A DNA stretch of 64,000 nucleotides from positions 42,842,001 to 42,906,000 of the forward strand of contig NC_087451.1 in the NCBI RefSeq assembly GCF_036321535.1, in the 5' to 3' direction. The stretch comes from Camelus dromedarius (Eukaryota). The position numbers and the translations under genes are program-made. Below are positions 1 through 25,300 of the stretch, piece after piece (the stretch's first letter is position 1; the number at the start of each line of letters is the position of its first letter). The notes under the pieces are model-generated. The model did not search any database. It was not told the origin of the DNA and worked only from the letters and a program-made list of their open reading frames with translations.

Positions 1-72
1 ATTGCCCAAAACATGTAAAGACTGTCAGCACCAACGAGCAGCCTGCCTGGGGAGCTCATGTCCCTCTGCCTA

Positions 73-10040
<9,968 letters not shown>

Positions 10041-11480
10041 TGAGAATGCCCTGGCCCTCAGCCAGCGCCTTGCTCAGGAGGGATGGGTGGTTAGTCTTCT
10101 AGGAGCAGCGCAGCAGGAGGAGGAGGGGATAAGACATTTCCCCTGGCCAAATGACTGCAAAGTCTGTTTTCCCCATCAGTGTAGCAGCTCAGAAAGATAC
10201 GCTGGGGACCCTCTTGTTAACACGTTGATTGCCCACTGTGGATCCGGTGCCTCTGAGGAAACACAACTGTCACCCAGATTTGGGTGATGTGGTGATCAAC
10301 GTGTTAAAAGGTTCTGCCCTGGCATGTAACCACAGTGCACATGTGGGTGCGTCCATTTGAGCTTGTGTAAAAGAAATCATCAAGGCACACAATTAACACT
10401 CTAACTCATTGCGCCACATCTGATTTTTAGAAAACCCGGATGCTCTAACCGTTATTTTTGTGGTGGTGAGTGACGGCACGAATTAGTCGTTTGTCCTGGA
10501 AGACATTCAACCTGAGGCTTCCGTTAGTCCAGTTGGGTGCCATGTTCCTTCACCCGAGGCAGGTTGAAAGTCCTGGGTCAGAATGTAAATTCTTTTTCTG
10601 AGGACTGATGCCCTTTTCCTGACCCCAATGTCGGGAGGCTTTGTATGCTCTATAGCTGCCTCTAAAGCTGGGAGTGGGAATATCTGAGAAGAGCATTTCT
10701 AAGGGTGTTAATCACAAGTTGATTTTAATATGAGCCCTTTTTCATGTAGAGGGAAGAACTGAAATCTGTCCCTAACGAGGTGGGCCTTTCCTCATAGTGC
10801 AGATGATGGTCTTTTGGTTTTGGAGCTGGTGGTTTACGGGGACAACCGCCGTCTGGTACCACATCCTCTGGCAAGTAACCTTTCTCTGCACACCTCCCAG
10901 ATGCAGACCCAGTCCCCTCAGAAGTGTGTGTGTCAGAGGTGTACTCCTTGAGAGAATCCTGGCCACCCAAGTCCAGTATGGATGGGAACACATGTTGGTG
11001 ACCTGCAGCAGCTCCTCCTGGAGTTGTGACTCCACTTGTCCTGGGGGCTAGATGATGGAGGAGGTCTGATCATGTGACAGGTACTGCAGCCAGAGTCAGA
11101 ACTGTGGCAGATCCCTGCTGACAGATCAGGGGCTGAGCATTTCATTGTGAAACTGAGTCTCGATTGGTCCTATTTGGTCTGTTTTTGCCCTTTTAATTAA
11201 TATTTGCCACTCAGCTTGCATACTGCTCTGGGACTAACCAAAGATGAGCAAAATGTATCACCTACTGGAAGACCAAATGGGTTCTCAACACTACTGATCC
11301 AGCATTGTTTCATGTACTACATTGCCAACTGCACTTTGTGTCTGCACTATAACATAGTGCGTTTTAACTTAATTTTTCAGTAACATTATTTAAGATATAT
11401 TATTGATAATTGGAATTAGTCCTCCTTCACATGAAATAGAATAAGTGTAAAATGTGAAAAATGATATATCTGTGGTTGCT

Positions 11481-11486
11481 AATAAA
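11481..11486 (+). terminator. Candidate RUNDC1 polyadenylation signal
   Basis: AATAAA about 1.44 kb after the stop codon, followed by TG/T-rich sequence. Other sites further downstream cannot be excluded. Confidence 0.35.
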
Positions 11487-11924
11487 ATCATTGTATTTTG
11501 TGATTTTGTAAGGTCTCTGCAAAGACCTTAGAGACCCTTGGCTTTGGTTTATAAGTCTGTTTGGGTGTTCTCAGCCCATCTGATCCAGATCGGTATTTCC
11601 TTGAACAGTGTCTGGTGTCTGGCCCTTCTGCCTCTTCTCTGCCCTCTGCCCTGGATCAGCTCAGCTTTGGTGTTTTTCCCCCCTTGAACAATGTCACTAA
11701 AAAATGCCCTGGGCATCCTGTCTAGCCCAGGTCTGCAGTCCCATCCCCACAGCAGATCTCAGCACACGTGCCACTTTTGGAATTGTCACTTTTAAATTCA
11801 CTTGTCTGGATATCATTTAAGGTGGGTGATAACTGCTGTAGCCACATAGTATATAGCCCTGGGTCACCCCAGTATTAAATTTTCTAGTCCTCACAAAAAC
11901 TAAACTAACTCGTATTAAGGTTTT

Positions 11925-12110
11925 ATGCTAGCATCATGGGAACCATTTTTGTGTGTGTCATCCTAATTTAATTCTCACTATACTTGTAAGGCAGGACAGT
12001 ATTATCCCCATTTTATAGCTGAGGAAACTACTGCAGAGAGTTAAATATTTTGTCCAGGTTTACATATTGGAAGAGCTGGGATTTGAACCCAAGTTGCCTG
12101 AATCTAAACC
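11925..12110 (-). mobile_element. MIR SINE (representative; further MIR remnants near 14050-14480, 18620-18780, 20080-20300, 23100-23300, 26030-26220, 26820-26980, 46190-46350, 58360-58560)
   Basis: Core attatccccattttatagctgaggaaact..ctgggatttgaacccaag. Boundaries are approximate. Confidence 0.7.
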
Positions 12111-12689
12111 CTATGGTCTTTATACTGTTATGTTACTTCATTGTATCCCAGGCTGCTTCTAGATCTTTTGTTCCTCTCTCTCCTTTATCCACCCCCTCAC
12201 TTCACCATCATTTTGGCAACGAGCAGGTATTTTCCACATACCTGCCAGAAATTTCAGCTGCCAAAGGACTAGGGTTACAGGGAGATGGGCAGACAGCCAT
12301 TGCTCTGTCAAGTTCTTCATGAAACTTAAAAGATGTGTAGAGACAGGCATGCCAGCAGATACCTGCTAGTCACTGATAATACTGCATTGTAACTGAGGGC
12401 AGAGGTCTCTGCTTGGCTTGGGGTGAGACAGACCAGAGAAAGGAGAAGAGGAGGGACAGGTCTCAGGCTATGCAAGAATAGAATGAAAAAGAGCCGCAGA
12501 TATGTAGCCAATGAAAGTGCAGCATCCACTGTATGATCTGCAAAGCGTTGATAAAGATTTTCAAGGTGCTCTGCTGTTAGTTCATTCCTATTGAGCCCAA
12601 CTGCTTGGGCCAGGCTAGGTGCTAAGGACTTCTCTCTCTGTGCCTTAAGGGGACGCGCAGTCTAGCAAAGGAGGTACCAAACCAATTGG

Positions 12690-12850
12690 AGATTTGAATA
12701 GCTTGTTAAAACACAAATTGCTGGGTTCTATCCCCAGAGTTTTTCATTCAGTAGCTCTGAGGTGAGGCCAGAAAATTTGTATTTCTAACAAGTTCTCATG
12801 CTAGTTATGCTGATGCTGCCGGTCTGGGGACCACACTTTGAGAGCCACTG
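12690..12850 (+). mobile_element. MER5A-like hAT-Charlie MITE
   Basis: cttgttaaaacacaaattgctggg..tttctaacaagttctc..gaccacactttgagagccactg. Confidence 0.75.
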
Positions 12851-14919
12851 ATCCAAACCAGCTAAAATATGTTCTATAATAAAACTAAACATGCATTGGA
12901 TTGCTGAGGGAGCACAGAGAAGGAAGAGATGATGTCTGCCTAGGAGAATTCTAGAGTGGCCTTGAAGGATGGAAAGGATTTTGCCTGGCTATAGTGGAGG
13001 AGAATAAAGACACGTGGAACAGCCTGAGTGAAGACCCCAGGGCTCAGAAGAGGTTGGATCTTTGAGTAGTTAAGCTGGCTGGAACCCAGAGGGTATGTGA
13101 AGGGTGTGGAGGTGTCAGGAACTTATACTGCAGGGAAGGTAAAAAGGAAAGGAGTGAGAGTTCAAACTTTGGTACAGAGAGCCAACAAAGGAATTCAGGC
13201 AGTTAAATGGTGGTCTTAAGTTGTGTTTAGAGAAGTTTCTCAAAATAAGATCTATAGCTCGTAGCTCCACTCCAGACCTGAATTGGAATCTTGGATGTGA
13301 GATGTATGTTTAATAAGTGTCCCAAGCAATTCTGACCCACACAGAATTTTAAAGGACTGGAGAAGACAAAGAACAGAGGCTGAATCAGGGAGCAGGTAGG
13401 AAAGGATAGAAAAGATTTAAAAGACATAAGGCAAAATTCGCAGGATTTAGTTATTGATTTGGAAAGTGTTAGTAGGTGAGATGAGTCCAAGGCAATGATA
13501 AGATTTCAGGTTTCTATTTTCCAAGAGAGAAACAGGAAAAGAGGCAGAAGCAGAAATGGAGGTTGAAAGAAGCCCATGGAGGTGGAAATGGTCAGGGTCA
13601 CGTGGTGCAGTGGGAAGAGCGCTGGGTTGGGGTAGGGAGACCTTGCTCTGCGCCACTAACTCTGGTACTTTGCTGCTGTAGAACTGTCCTCTCAGCTTTG
13701 AGGGGCCCAAGCAGATGATCTCTGAGGTCGTTTCCAACTCTAAAATGTCATATTCCAAACTAAAGCAGAAAGTATTTTAATTGAATGTGGAAATAGAAGT
13801 ACTTAATTAGGGTGATAAACCACTGGAATGAGGTCCTGAGGGCTGCAGGGAAAATTGATCCCTGGAGAATCTCAAGAAGATAAATGAAACCCTAATTATT
13901 CCCACACTTTGCTTAAGACCAATCCTATAGGTTCGTCAATGTTCAAATGAGGAAAAACTGTAAGATGGTTTCTCTTGGTCTTCAACTGGGAAGATACCTA
14001 AAGAACCATCTAAAAACACTCTTTCAGTGAGTGATGGGAAATAATTCAGTTTGAGAGCCAACTATACTTTGACTCAAAAAACTAGGTTTGAATCCTACCT
14101 ATGCTACTGATCAGGCTTAACCTCAGATAGCCTGATCAAGCCTTATCCTCTCTAAATCTCAATTTCCTTATGTCTAAGTGGGAGGAAAATACCCAAGATA
14201 CAAAGTTGTGAGAATTAAATAGGCAGTTGACTTAACCTAAAGTGCGTTCCTAGCATCTTGCCTGGCACAGAGTAGGTGTTCAATATGGTGACTGAGTAAA
14301 CAGAACGGGCTCAGTAGAACTGAGTCGCAGCTCCACCACTTACTAGCCATGGATTTCCGACCAATTACTTAACCTCTCTAAACTACAGTTTCTTCAACTG
14401 TAGGACGGAGATAACAGTACTTATCTCCTAGTATTATCAAAAGAGATAATAAACGTAAATAGATTAAGTCGGCCTGACATAGGGTATGCAGCTGCTATTA
14501 TCACCATAATCCTTCAGCTCCCTCACTTATTCTAGTCTGTAATGTTTCTGACATCACTAGACTCTAAATACTGAGGGCAAGTACCCTTATTTGTTTGATC
14601 TTCGTCTCTCCCTTCCTACACCTAACAATGCATACAAAGCGGGTGCTTATAAATGCCCTATTCCTGACTCTTAACAAGGAAAAAAAGTTAATTCCAAACT
14701 GTGCCCCCACCCACCCCCTAGTGCCAGAGAAAGAAACTACAACCAAAAGATCAGCGGCGCAGCTGCGTCCCCGAGGAAACCTTCCGCGGGAAGCAGAACT
14801 CCTTTACTCTGTTTACTGCCATAGCTGCTAATAAAGTTTGATTTGAATAAATGACCTGCCAGGCCTTCCTTTCCCCTCAAGAGCTTCTTCCGTCCTCAGC
14901 ACAGTTTACGACGCCACGC

Positions 14920-15080
14920 AAGAGGCGGGGCGAGGCCGGATGGGCGGGACAGGAAGTGACGTCACTCTCCCCGCGGTGAAAGGTTAACGGAAGTACCGTT
15001 TCTTCCTTTCTGCTGTAGTTCCTGAGTGGTTACCGCCGGTGAGTAGAACTTGGGTCAGGGTTTTACAATCTGCCGCCATC
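14920..15080 (+). promoter_or_regulatory. RPL27 CpG-island promoter with TCT/5'TOP start and non-coding exon 1 (about 15003-15038)
   Basis: GC box 14942-14947, ETS-CRE composite GGAAGTGACGTCA 14952-14964, second ETS CGGAAGT 14988-14994, polypyrimidine initiator TCTTCCTTTC 15001-15010, donor GTGAGT at 15039, intronic YY1 GCCGCCAT near 15072. This is typical ribosomal-protein promoter architecture. Confidence 0.85.
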
Positions 15081-15238
15081 CGTGGCCTGGGTGTCGAGTT
15101 GCGGGGCGGTGGCTGGTGCCTTCCGTTTCTCGGTCTCTGGCGGCTTCGTTGCGGATACTGGCCTGGGAGCAGGGCCCGCGGGCGCCCTGAGCCAAGGCGG
15201 CAGTAAGGGCAGCCTGAAGTTCTGGCCCCACACCCTGA

Positions 15239-17526
<2,288 letters not shown>

Positions 17527-17544
17527 GTCTGTCTTGTTTCAATC

Positions 17545-17550
17545 ATTAAA
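17545..17550 (+). terminator. RPL27 polyadenylation signal ATTAAA
   Basis: ATTAAA 19 nt after the stop codon. A further AATAAA occurs near 17672-17681. Confidence 0.7.
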
Positions 17551-19121
17551 AATACACCCCCAGAAAAAAAAAATCCGTGTCTGCCTGCTTCTTGTATTAT
17601 TGGACTGGGAAAGAACATCCATATCATGAGAGACACTGTATGGTGGGTGAGGGGCTATGGGAAAATATAAAATAAATAAAAGTTAAATCTGCCTTTGTGA
17701 GAGTTGGGCTCCTTGTGTTCTCAGCCTCTTAATCCTTTAATGGTCTGGCTGCTCTCAGTGGGTAAAATGTGATACTGAACTATTTCCCCTAAAGGGCTAC
17801 TCCAGACATTTTTAGGTGCAGAATTGTTTAAGCATCCCTGGCTTCAACCCTTTGTGTATCCAGAGAATCTTAAGTCATTCTGCACCCTTCCCTCTCCCCT
17901 GGCCCCCCAGTTGTGACAACCAAAGGCCCCTCTGAGTGGACATCGTCTACTTTGGATTGAGATTCACAAACTTGAGGTGGTTTTTTAAACCAGAGTGCCA
18001 AATTTGGCAGGTCAGAATTTCTATCAAATTGTCAAATGATAGTGGTGCTGCTTGGATGAGGACCACACTGAAGAACTCTCCTGATGACACCGACAGTGAA
18101 GGCCTGAGCCCCAGGGGGACCAGGGAGAGGTTCCCAAAGGGTCTGGCTAGCAGAGACTGGCAAGAAAGGATGTGATTCAAGGAGCTTGGGCACTGTGTTG
18201 TCACCACTGTTGCAGAAAACCATTTGGCCCCTTTGATGTTTTACCTCTCATTGGAGACAACTGTGGCCACGTTTTCCTGATGTAGTCTGCAGCTGAGCTG
18301 GTTCTAACTCACCAAATGGAACTAAGATTCAAATAGGCCTACTGGCCAAGCTTCACACTTAACACACTAACACCTGGGGTGGAGGGCAGAGGGGTTGAGG
18401 AAAGGGGCTCAGCATATTACTCTTAGTGGAAAACCCTGGGCTAGGTAAAGATGGTAGGAAACATTGTGCACTATTTTACATACTTTCATTAAACTCCTCA
18501 CCCTTAAGTATTGAGCATCATCTCTACTAAGTAGCATTCCTACTCTTGAGTCACAAATAGAACTACATTTAAACCCTCCTTTGAAAATTAAGAAAGTTCT
18601 TTTCCACTCCCCCTCAAGGCTTAAGTTCAAATCCTGTTCCAACCGGGTTTGGATACATGCTTCACTTCTAGCAATGTGACTGGACAAGTTTCTGTACTGT
18701 GCCTCGGTTTAGAATCTCATCTGTAAAATGAGGGAAATAACCAATGGCAAGGGGTTTTGAAGGTTGAGTTAATTCATGGTATTGGGTACGTAACAGCTCT
18801 CAAGTGCTGGCTATTCCTACAGATTTGTGAACTCAATGGGGCTTTATCCTGGTTGAATTTCTCATTCAGTTAGCAACATGTGTGTGCTGTGGGAAACCTA
18901 GGCTCTAGGGAAATATCCAAAAACAAGCAAAATTCTGCCAACAGGGCTGTGCTGGGATTGATAGGCTGGAGGTGAACGACCGGGGCCCTCACTCAGCTGT
19001 AGCTGCTTGTTGGGTAACTCCCCCAAAGGCCTCCTAGCTGGAGGAAGTCGACTTTGAAGACCAGGAAGGCTCCCAGGGGTGGAGAAGCCGGCTGGGGCGG
19101 GTGAGGACGGAAGGGCAGGGA

Positions 19122-19146
19122 TTTCACTGAATTGAAAGTGAAAGCA
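19122..19146 (+). promoter_or_regulatory. ISRE/IRF element of the IFI35 promoter
   Basis: GAAAGTGAAAGC at 19134-19145 plus an inverted TTTCAC half-site at 19122, about 160 bp upstream of the proposed IFI35 ATG. IFI35 is a known interferon-induced gene. Confidence 0.75.
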
Positions 19147-19301
19147 AAGGGCCCGCATAAGAACCCTAAGGAGGGTATTTCAGGCTCTGTTGGTAGAAAC
19201 TAGAGCTCCTCCAGGTGCAAGAAAGAGTTTAGTCGCAGTGGACTCTGCCACTTTGTACCCAGCTCTGAAGACTTGGCTGTTGCCAACCGGACCCCAGACC
19301 C

Positions 19302-22300
19302 ATGCTGGTGAGGAGAGTGTTGGGGGTGGGGAAAAGAGGAGGAGCACTCCTCTTGGCGGGGATTCTGCAGGTACCTCAGGACCTGGCCACCGAGCCTCCC
19401 TGCCCATGTCTTAGACCTGCTGAAGGTCTGGGGAGAGACGTGGCTGGGATTCCCTCTCCGCTATGGAGTTGGTCCACTAACCCGTGACCTCAAAGACAGT
19501 TCTATAACCTGCATCTCAGGCGCTCCTGAATTCCTTGTGTGACTGTGCGTTTTTCTGGAGAGAGAATCCAATCCATCATTTTCATTAGAGATTCAAAGGG
19601 TTCTGCGACCCTGAAAGTTTTAAGAATTGGTCTAATGATAATTCTAAAGGTTTAAGAATTGCTCACTCCTTTATCTCCTGAGATCTTCCCCAACAAATCT
19701 CTCCCCTCCTTATATTTTCATCTCAGCTTAACCTTGGGCTCTCTTTAGGGTGAGAGGAGGAAGTGTTCCACCTCTGAGAACTAACTTCCCCTTGGCTGCT
19801 GTGGTCCCCCCTTTCCCGACCTGCTCATGCCAGACCAAGCCCTGTGAGGGCCAGTCCTCTGTCTCAGCCTGCTCACCGTTGATCCCCAGCACCTAGCACT
19901 GTGCCTGGATGCAGCAGGCGCTCAGTAAACAGCTGTTGAATGAATCTCATCCCCTCCCCAGTTTCTTTAGTCTTTCTCTCCCTGTTGCTACCCCATCTGT
20001 TACAAATATACAGGTCTCTTGCTTAGAAATTTTTCATTTGCCCCTCAGATGTAGTAAGAAAGACCGCAGGCTCTACAGTCTGCCTGGTTCCAAATCCTGG
20101 CTCCTCCCCTTGTGCGGCCCTGGGCAAGTTACTAACCTCTCTAAAGTTTAAATCTAAGGCCTGTTTCCTTGTCAGTAAGATGGGAGTGATAGTAACACTT
20201 CCACACAAGAATACCCACCTGCAAGAATTAAACGAAATGATCTCTAAGTTAATATAGTAATAATTTAGCACACTGCTTGACACAAACTAAGCACTCAACA
20301 CATGTTCCTTATTTCCCCAAGATGATCTTGATTTGCCCTCACCTCATTCCTACCTCTCTGCTAAAACTGCTTTTTTAAAGGGCCCTTAACATATTAAAAA
20401 GGAAAGAAGGAAAGTGGATTCAGGAAACTGTATTTCTTTAAACACACTAAATTCATTATCAAGAGACAATCTCTATTAATAACATTGTGGTGTTTGTCTT
20501 CCCAGGGTTTTTGTGTTTTTATGCCTTAATAAATAGCCTTATGAATTATAATGCAAGTGTAGAGTTAAGCTGTTGTACATTTAAGATTTAATAAATTTCT
20601 AAAGGAAAAATAAATGAATTACAATGTTTTAAATCAACAGAACAGGGAACATATTTGTATACAGTTTGATATTTTTTGGCTTTTTGTTAGCATTTTTCTT
20701 GTTAAATGTTCGTCATTACTGTGTCTTTTAATTGCTGCATAGGATTTTATATTTGTTTAGCTGTTTCTGTCTTGTTGGACATGTAGATTTTTTTTATCTG
20801 TTGTAAACAAGGCTACAATAATCATCCTTGTACATGAACTTCTGACCATTTCCTTAGGATAAGCAGGACTGTGTTTTTGTTGCTCAATCTCAGCCATCTT
20901 TCTCCTGCTTCTTGGCGGAAGTCCTGTTAGCAGCCTTTGGCACAGCTGTGGGCTCCTCCCCTTAAACCTGTTCTTCCCCACTTCCCACCCCTCCCTTCGG
21001 GTTTCACCAGCCACTCCTCTGCATTCTCCCCAGCTGTTTCTTCCGTATTCCCCTGACTTCTTAGTGTTTGATGCCCCAGACATCAGCCCTTGGACCTCTT
21101 TTTGTTGATTTCATTTAGTTTTGTGATTTCAAATATCTCTGCATGGATAATTCTCAAATTTACACTCATGGCCTGGACCTCTTCCCTGAATGCTAGATCC
21201 ATTGAGTTAACTGCCACTATATGCCTCCCCTGGGATGTCAGATAGGCAGTCATCCCTGACTTGTTCAAAAGAAACCCCAATCTCTTCCACCCAAGGTAGT
21301 CCCCCTCTCAGCACATGGCTCTCCTTCTCCTCAGTTGTTCAGGCCTAACAGCTTGGGTCACCTGAGACTCTTCTCTTTCTTCCACGTCATATTTCCGATC
21401 CATCAGGAACTTCATCCTAAACTTTTAACAGCTCCTCACCACCTCCACTGCTACCACCTGGTCCAGGCCGTCAATATTGCTCACCTGGACACTGTAATGA
21501 CCTCCTCAGCCATCTCCCTGTGCCCTTTCCCTGCATCTGCCTATTCACTCAACAGCCAAGTCATCCTGTTAACAATTAAGCCTGCTTGCAGCTTCCCACC
21601 TCACTTTATATAAAAGACCCTGCATGATCCCACCCTGTTTTCTCTGTGACTTCATGGCCAGCTATTCCCCACTCCCTCTTCTCCAGCCACACTGGTCTCC
21701 TTTCTCTTCCTCAGATAAACACATAACACACTCTCACCTCAGGGCCTTTGCACTTGCTGCTCCCTCTGCATAGGACCTTCCCTCACACATACACATAGTC
21801 TGCTCCTTTATCTCCTTCAAGTATATGATCAAATAACATCTCAGTGAAGCCTACTCTGCTCACCCTATTTAAAACTGTACTCCAGCATTCTCTGTCCTTC
21901 CTTCTCTGCTTTGTTTTTGTCCATAACATTTATCACTAACATATTGCAGATTTTACTTATTTATTCTGTTTATATCTGGTTCATCCCCTAGAATGTAAAT
22001 TCCACAGGGAAATTTTGTCTGGTTCATCACAGTATCCCCAGAGCCTAGAACAGGGCCTGGTACATGGTAGATGCCCAGTAGCTGATGGCTGCATGAATGA
22101 GTGAGGAAACAAGTGAGGGAGGGGACTTCTTGTAACCCTCCTTTTCTTCTCCTTGTTTCGTCTCTCCTCCTCTTTTGTGTCTCTGGCCCTGGCCCTGCTT
22201 ATCTCTGACCATGCCTTCTTTTTTTTTTTTAATTGAAGTATAGTCAGTTTACAATGTTGTGTCAATTTCTAGTGTACAGCATAATGTTTCAGTCATACAT

Positions 22301-25300
22301 ATAAATACACATTCATTTTCATACTCTTTTTCATTATAGGTTACTACAAGATATTGAATATAGTTCCTTGTGCTATATAGAAGAAACTTGTTGTTTATCT
22401 ATTTTATATATAGTAGTTAGTATCTGCAAATCTGGAACTCCCAATTTATCCCTTCCCACCCCCTCTACCCCCAGTAACCATAAGTTTGTTTACTATGTCT
22501 GTGAATCTGTTTCTGTTTTGTAGATATGTTCATTAATGTCTTTTTTCTTTTTTTAGATTCCACATATGAGTGATGCCATATGGTATTTTTCTTTCTCTTT
22601 CTGGCTTACTTCACTAAAAATATGGAACGCTTCATGAATTTGTGGGTCATCCTTGCTCAGGGGCCAGGCTAACTTTCTCTGTATTGTTCCAGTTTTAGTA
22701 TATGTGCTGCCAAAGCGAGCACTGACCAGGCCTTCTTTTTCTTCTCTGCATTCCTTTATCTTTCCTGACCCTTGGCTAGGTATCTTCTATAACCTGCATC
22801 TCAGGCGCTCCTGAATTCCTTGTGTGACTGTGCATTTTTCTGGAGAGAGAATCCAATCCATCGTTTTCATTAGAGAGTCAAAGGGTTCTGCGACACTGAA
22901 AGATGACATTTTAAGTCTCTGTCCCTGAACAAGCTCTGCCACATACTTTTCCAAATCAGAGTCCTGTCCAGCAAGCCCTGTCTCTGACTCTGTGTGTCTT
23001 CAACGGCCTTCGGTTTGACTTACTTTGGCCCATTAGTTAACCCTGATGAATCTCAGGTTCCTTATGTATCAAGTGGGGATTATTAAAATATAAAACATTT
23101 AACATAGCACTCATCATATACCAGGAACTACTGTTCCAAATAAAATTATATATAGGTGGAAATTGCTATTCCCATTTTACAGATGAAGAAACCAAGGCAT
23201 GAAGAATTAAATAACTTGCCCATTGTCTTGCAGTAGTAAGAGATGTAAGCCCCAGAGGTTTGACCCCAGAATTTGTGGTCTTAACCATTATGCTACATGG
23301 CCTCCCAATACTGCCGGGATGAACAAAGAGAGCATGAGATTTTATCTTACAGGAGGTTAGGTTCTAAACTTGGCACATAAGGCAGAAGAATGCATGTAGT
23401 CTAATGAAACTTAAATCACTAACTCACCCCTGAGTATCCACAATTTACAGTCTCTCAATGAGCACAACATAGAATGGATAGCGTCTTTTTTCAGCTGAGC
23501 ACCAGCTGGATGTTGGCTTGCATTTAGAGACCATGTTATCATGTTATGTAAATAAATAGCTTGTTTGGTTGAATTCAAGTAAGTGACTACAGTCAGCCTG
23601 TGTTGTCCTTAAGACGTCTGTAAAAGAGAAGTTTCAGTTGGGAGTTGAAGACAGGAGGCAGTTTTGTGATCCTTAAATGGGATGGAGTCCAACTGTGCCT
23701 GGCACTTAGCAGGTGCCCAGTAACTACTGGCTCTCTTCCCTGGCCTGCTGGGTGAATGGCATTATACCAAACCCTTGGGCACTCAGGTCTGCAACTGAGG
23801 CGTCATCTCTCCAGTCCGACCCCTCTGAGTCCTTAATACAAACATCTAGAGACTGAGGGCTTTTCCTCATGGGATGTACTCAACCGCACATGCTCCTTAG
23901 GCCCACTGCTGGTGGCTTGGGTCAGCTCCTGTCACGTCTCTGAGAATGAGAGCCACAGTATCTGGTTGGTTTTCCTCACTCCACAGTCCCTGCTGCTCCA
24001 GTTCATCCTGCTGTCACTGTCAGACTGAGTTCTTTTTTTTTTTTTTTTTAAAGTATAGTTGATTTACACTGTTGGCTCAGTTTCAGCAAAGTGATTCAGT
24101 TACATTACACATATATATACAGATATATTTTTTTCAGATTCCTTCCCATTATAGGTTAATACAAGATACTGATTACGGTTCCCTGTGCTATACAGGAGGT
24201 TCTTGTTGTTTATTTTATTTATATATAGCGGTGTATATCTGTTAATCCCAAACTCCTAATTTATCCCTCTCCCCTTCCCCTTGGTAACCCTAAGATTATT
24301 TTCTATGTCTGTGAGTCTGTTTCTGTTTTGTAAATAAGTTCACTTGTATTTTTTTTTAGATTCCACATATAAGTGATACATGTTATTTGTCTTTCTGGCT
24401 TACTTCACNNNNNNNNNNNNNNNNNNNNNNNNNNNNNNNNNNNNNNNNNNNNNNNNNNNNNNNNNNNNNNNNNNNNNNNNNNNNNNNNNNNNNNNNNNNN
24501 NNNNNNNNNNNNNNNNNNNNNNNNNNNNNNNNNNNNNNNNNNNNNNNNNNNNNNNNNNNNNNNNNNNNNNNNNNNNNCCATGCCTTGGCTACTGTAAATC
24601 GTGCTGTTGTGAACATTGGGGTGTATGTATCTTTCCTTTTAGGGAACCTCCATACTGGTCTTCATAGTGGCTACACCAATTTACATTCCCACCAACAGTG
24701 TAAGAGTGTTCCCTTTTCTCCACATCCTCTCCAGCATTTACTATTTGTAGACTTTTTGATGATGGTCATTCTGACTGNNNNNNNNNNNNNNNNNNNNNNN
24801 NNNNNNNNNNNNNNNNNNNNNNNNNNNNNNNNNNNNNNNNNNNNNNNNNNNNNNNNNNNNNNNNNNNNNNNNNNNNNNNNNNNNNNNNNNNNNNNNNNNN
24901 NNNNNNNNTGTTTTTTTACTGGTAGATTAAGTTCTTGTAAACACTGTCCATCACCTCACTCCCCCTTTCAGAAATCTTCACTAGTTCCCCATTTTCCTAC
25001 TGAAACTCCCCCCCCCCCGCTTGAATTATGAGAAAAAAAATTAGGCTTTTAAAAATAAATTTACTTATTTATTTAAAGCTATTTATTAAATAGTACTGCC
25101 AATTACCAGATTTTCAAATAATATGTATAATTAGATCAAGACTTAAAGCAGAAGTAAAAAGAGGATGGATTAAGGACTGAATCCAACTCATGAATGTATT
25201 TTATTTTTCATATTTCTTTAAAAATCAAGCCATCATTTTCAGATAAAAATCCAGATTTCTGATTTCCCTTAGGAAAAGGAAGTTATAGTATATATATGTG

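Noticed and set aside
22616-22722. Functional U6 snRNA gene
   Set aside because: About 10 substitutions, no PSE/TATA upstream, fused to an L1 tail and flanked by TSDs; it is a retrocopy.
22605-24408. The U6-L1 junction and the start of N-run 24409 fall at almost the same L1 position (ctggcttacttcac)
   Set aside because: One boundary is biological and the other technical; with two cases, coincidence cannot be excluded and no mechanism links them.
24387-25031. ORFs running through N-runs (also 16242-16481, 37106-37690, 38888-39291)
   Set aside because: Artefacts of N codons not being read as stops; the first is antisense L1 sequence.
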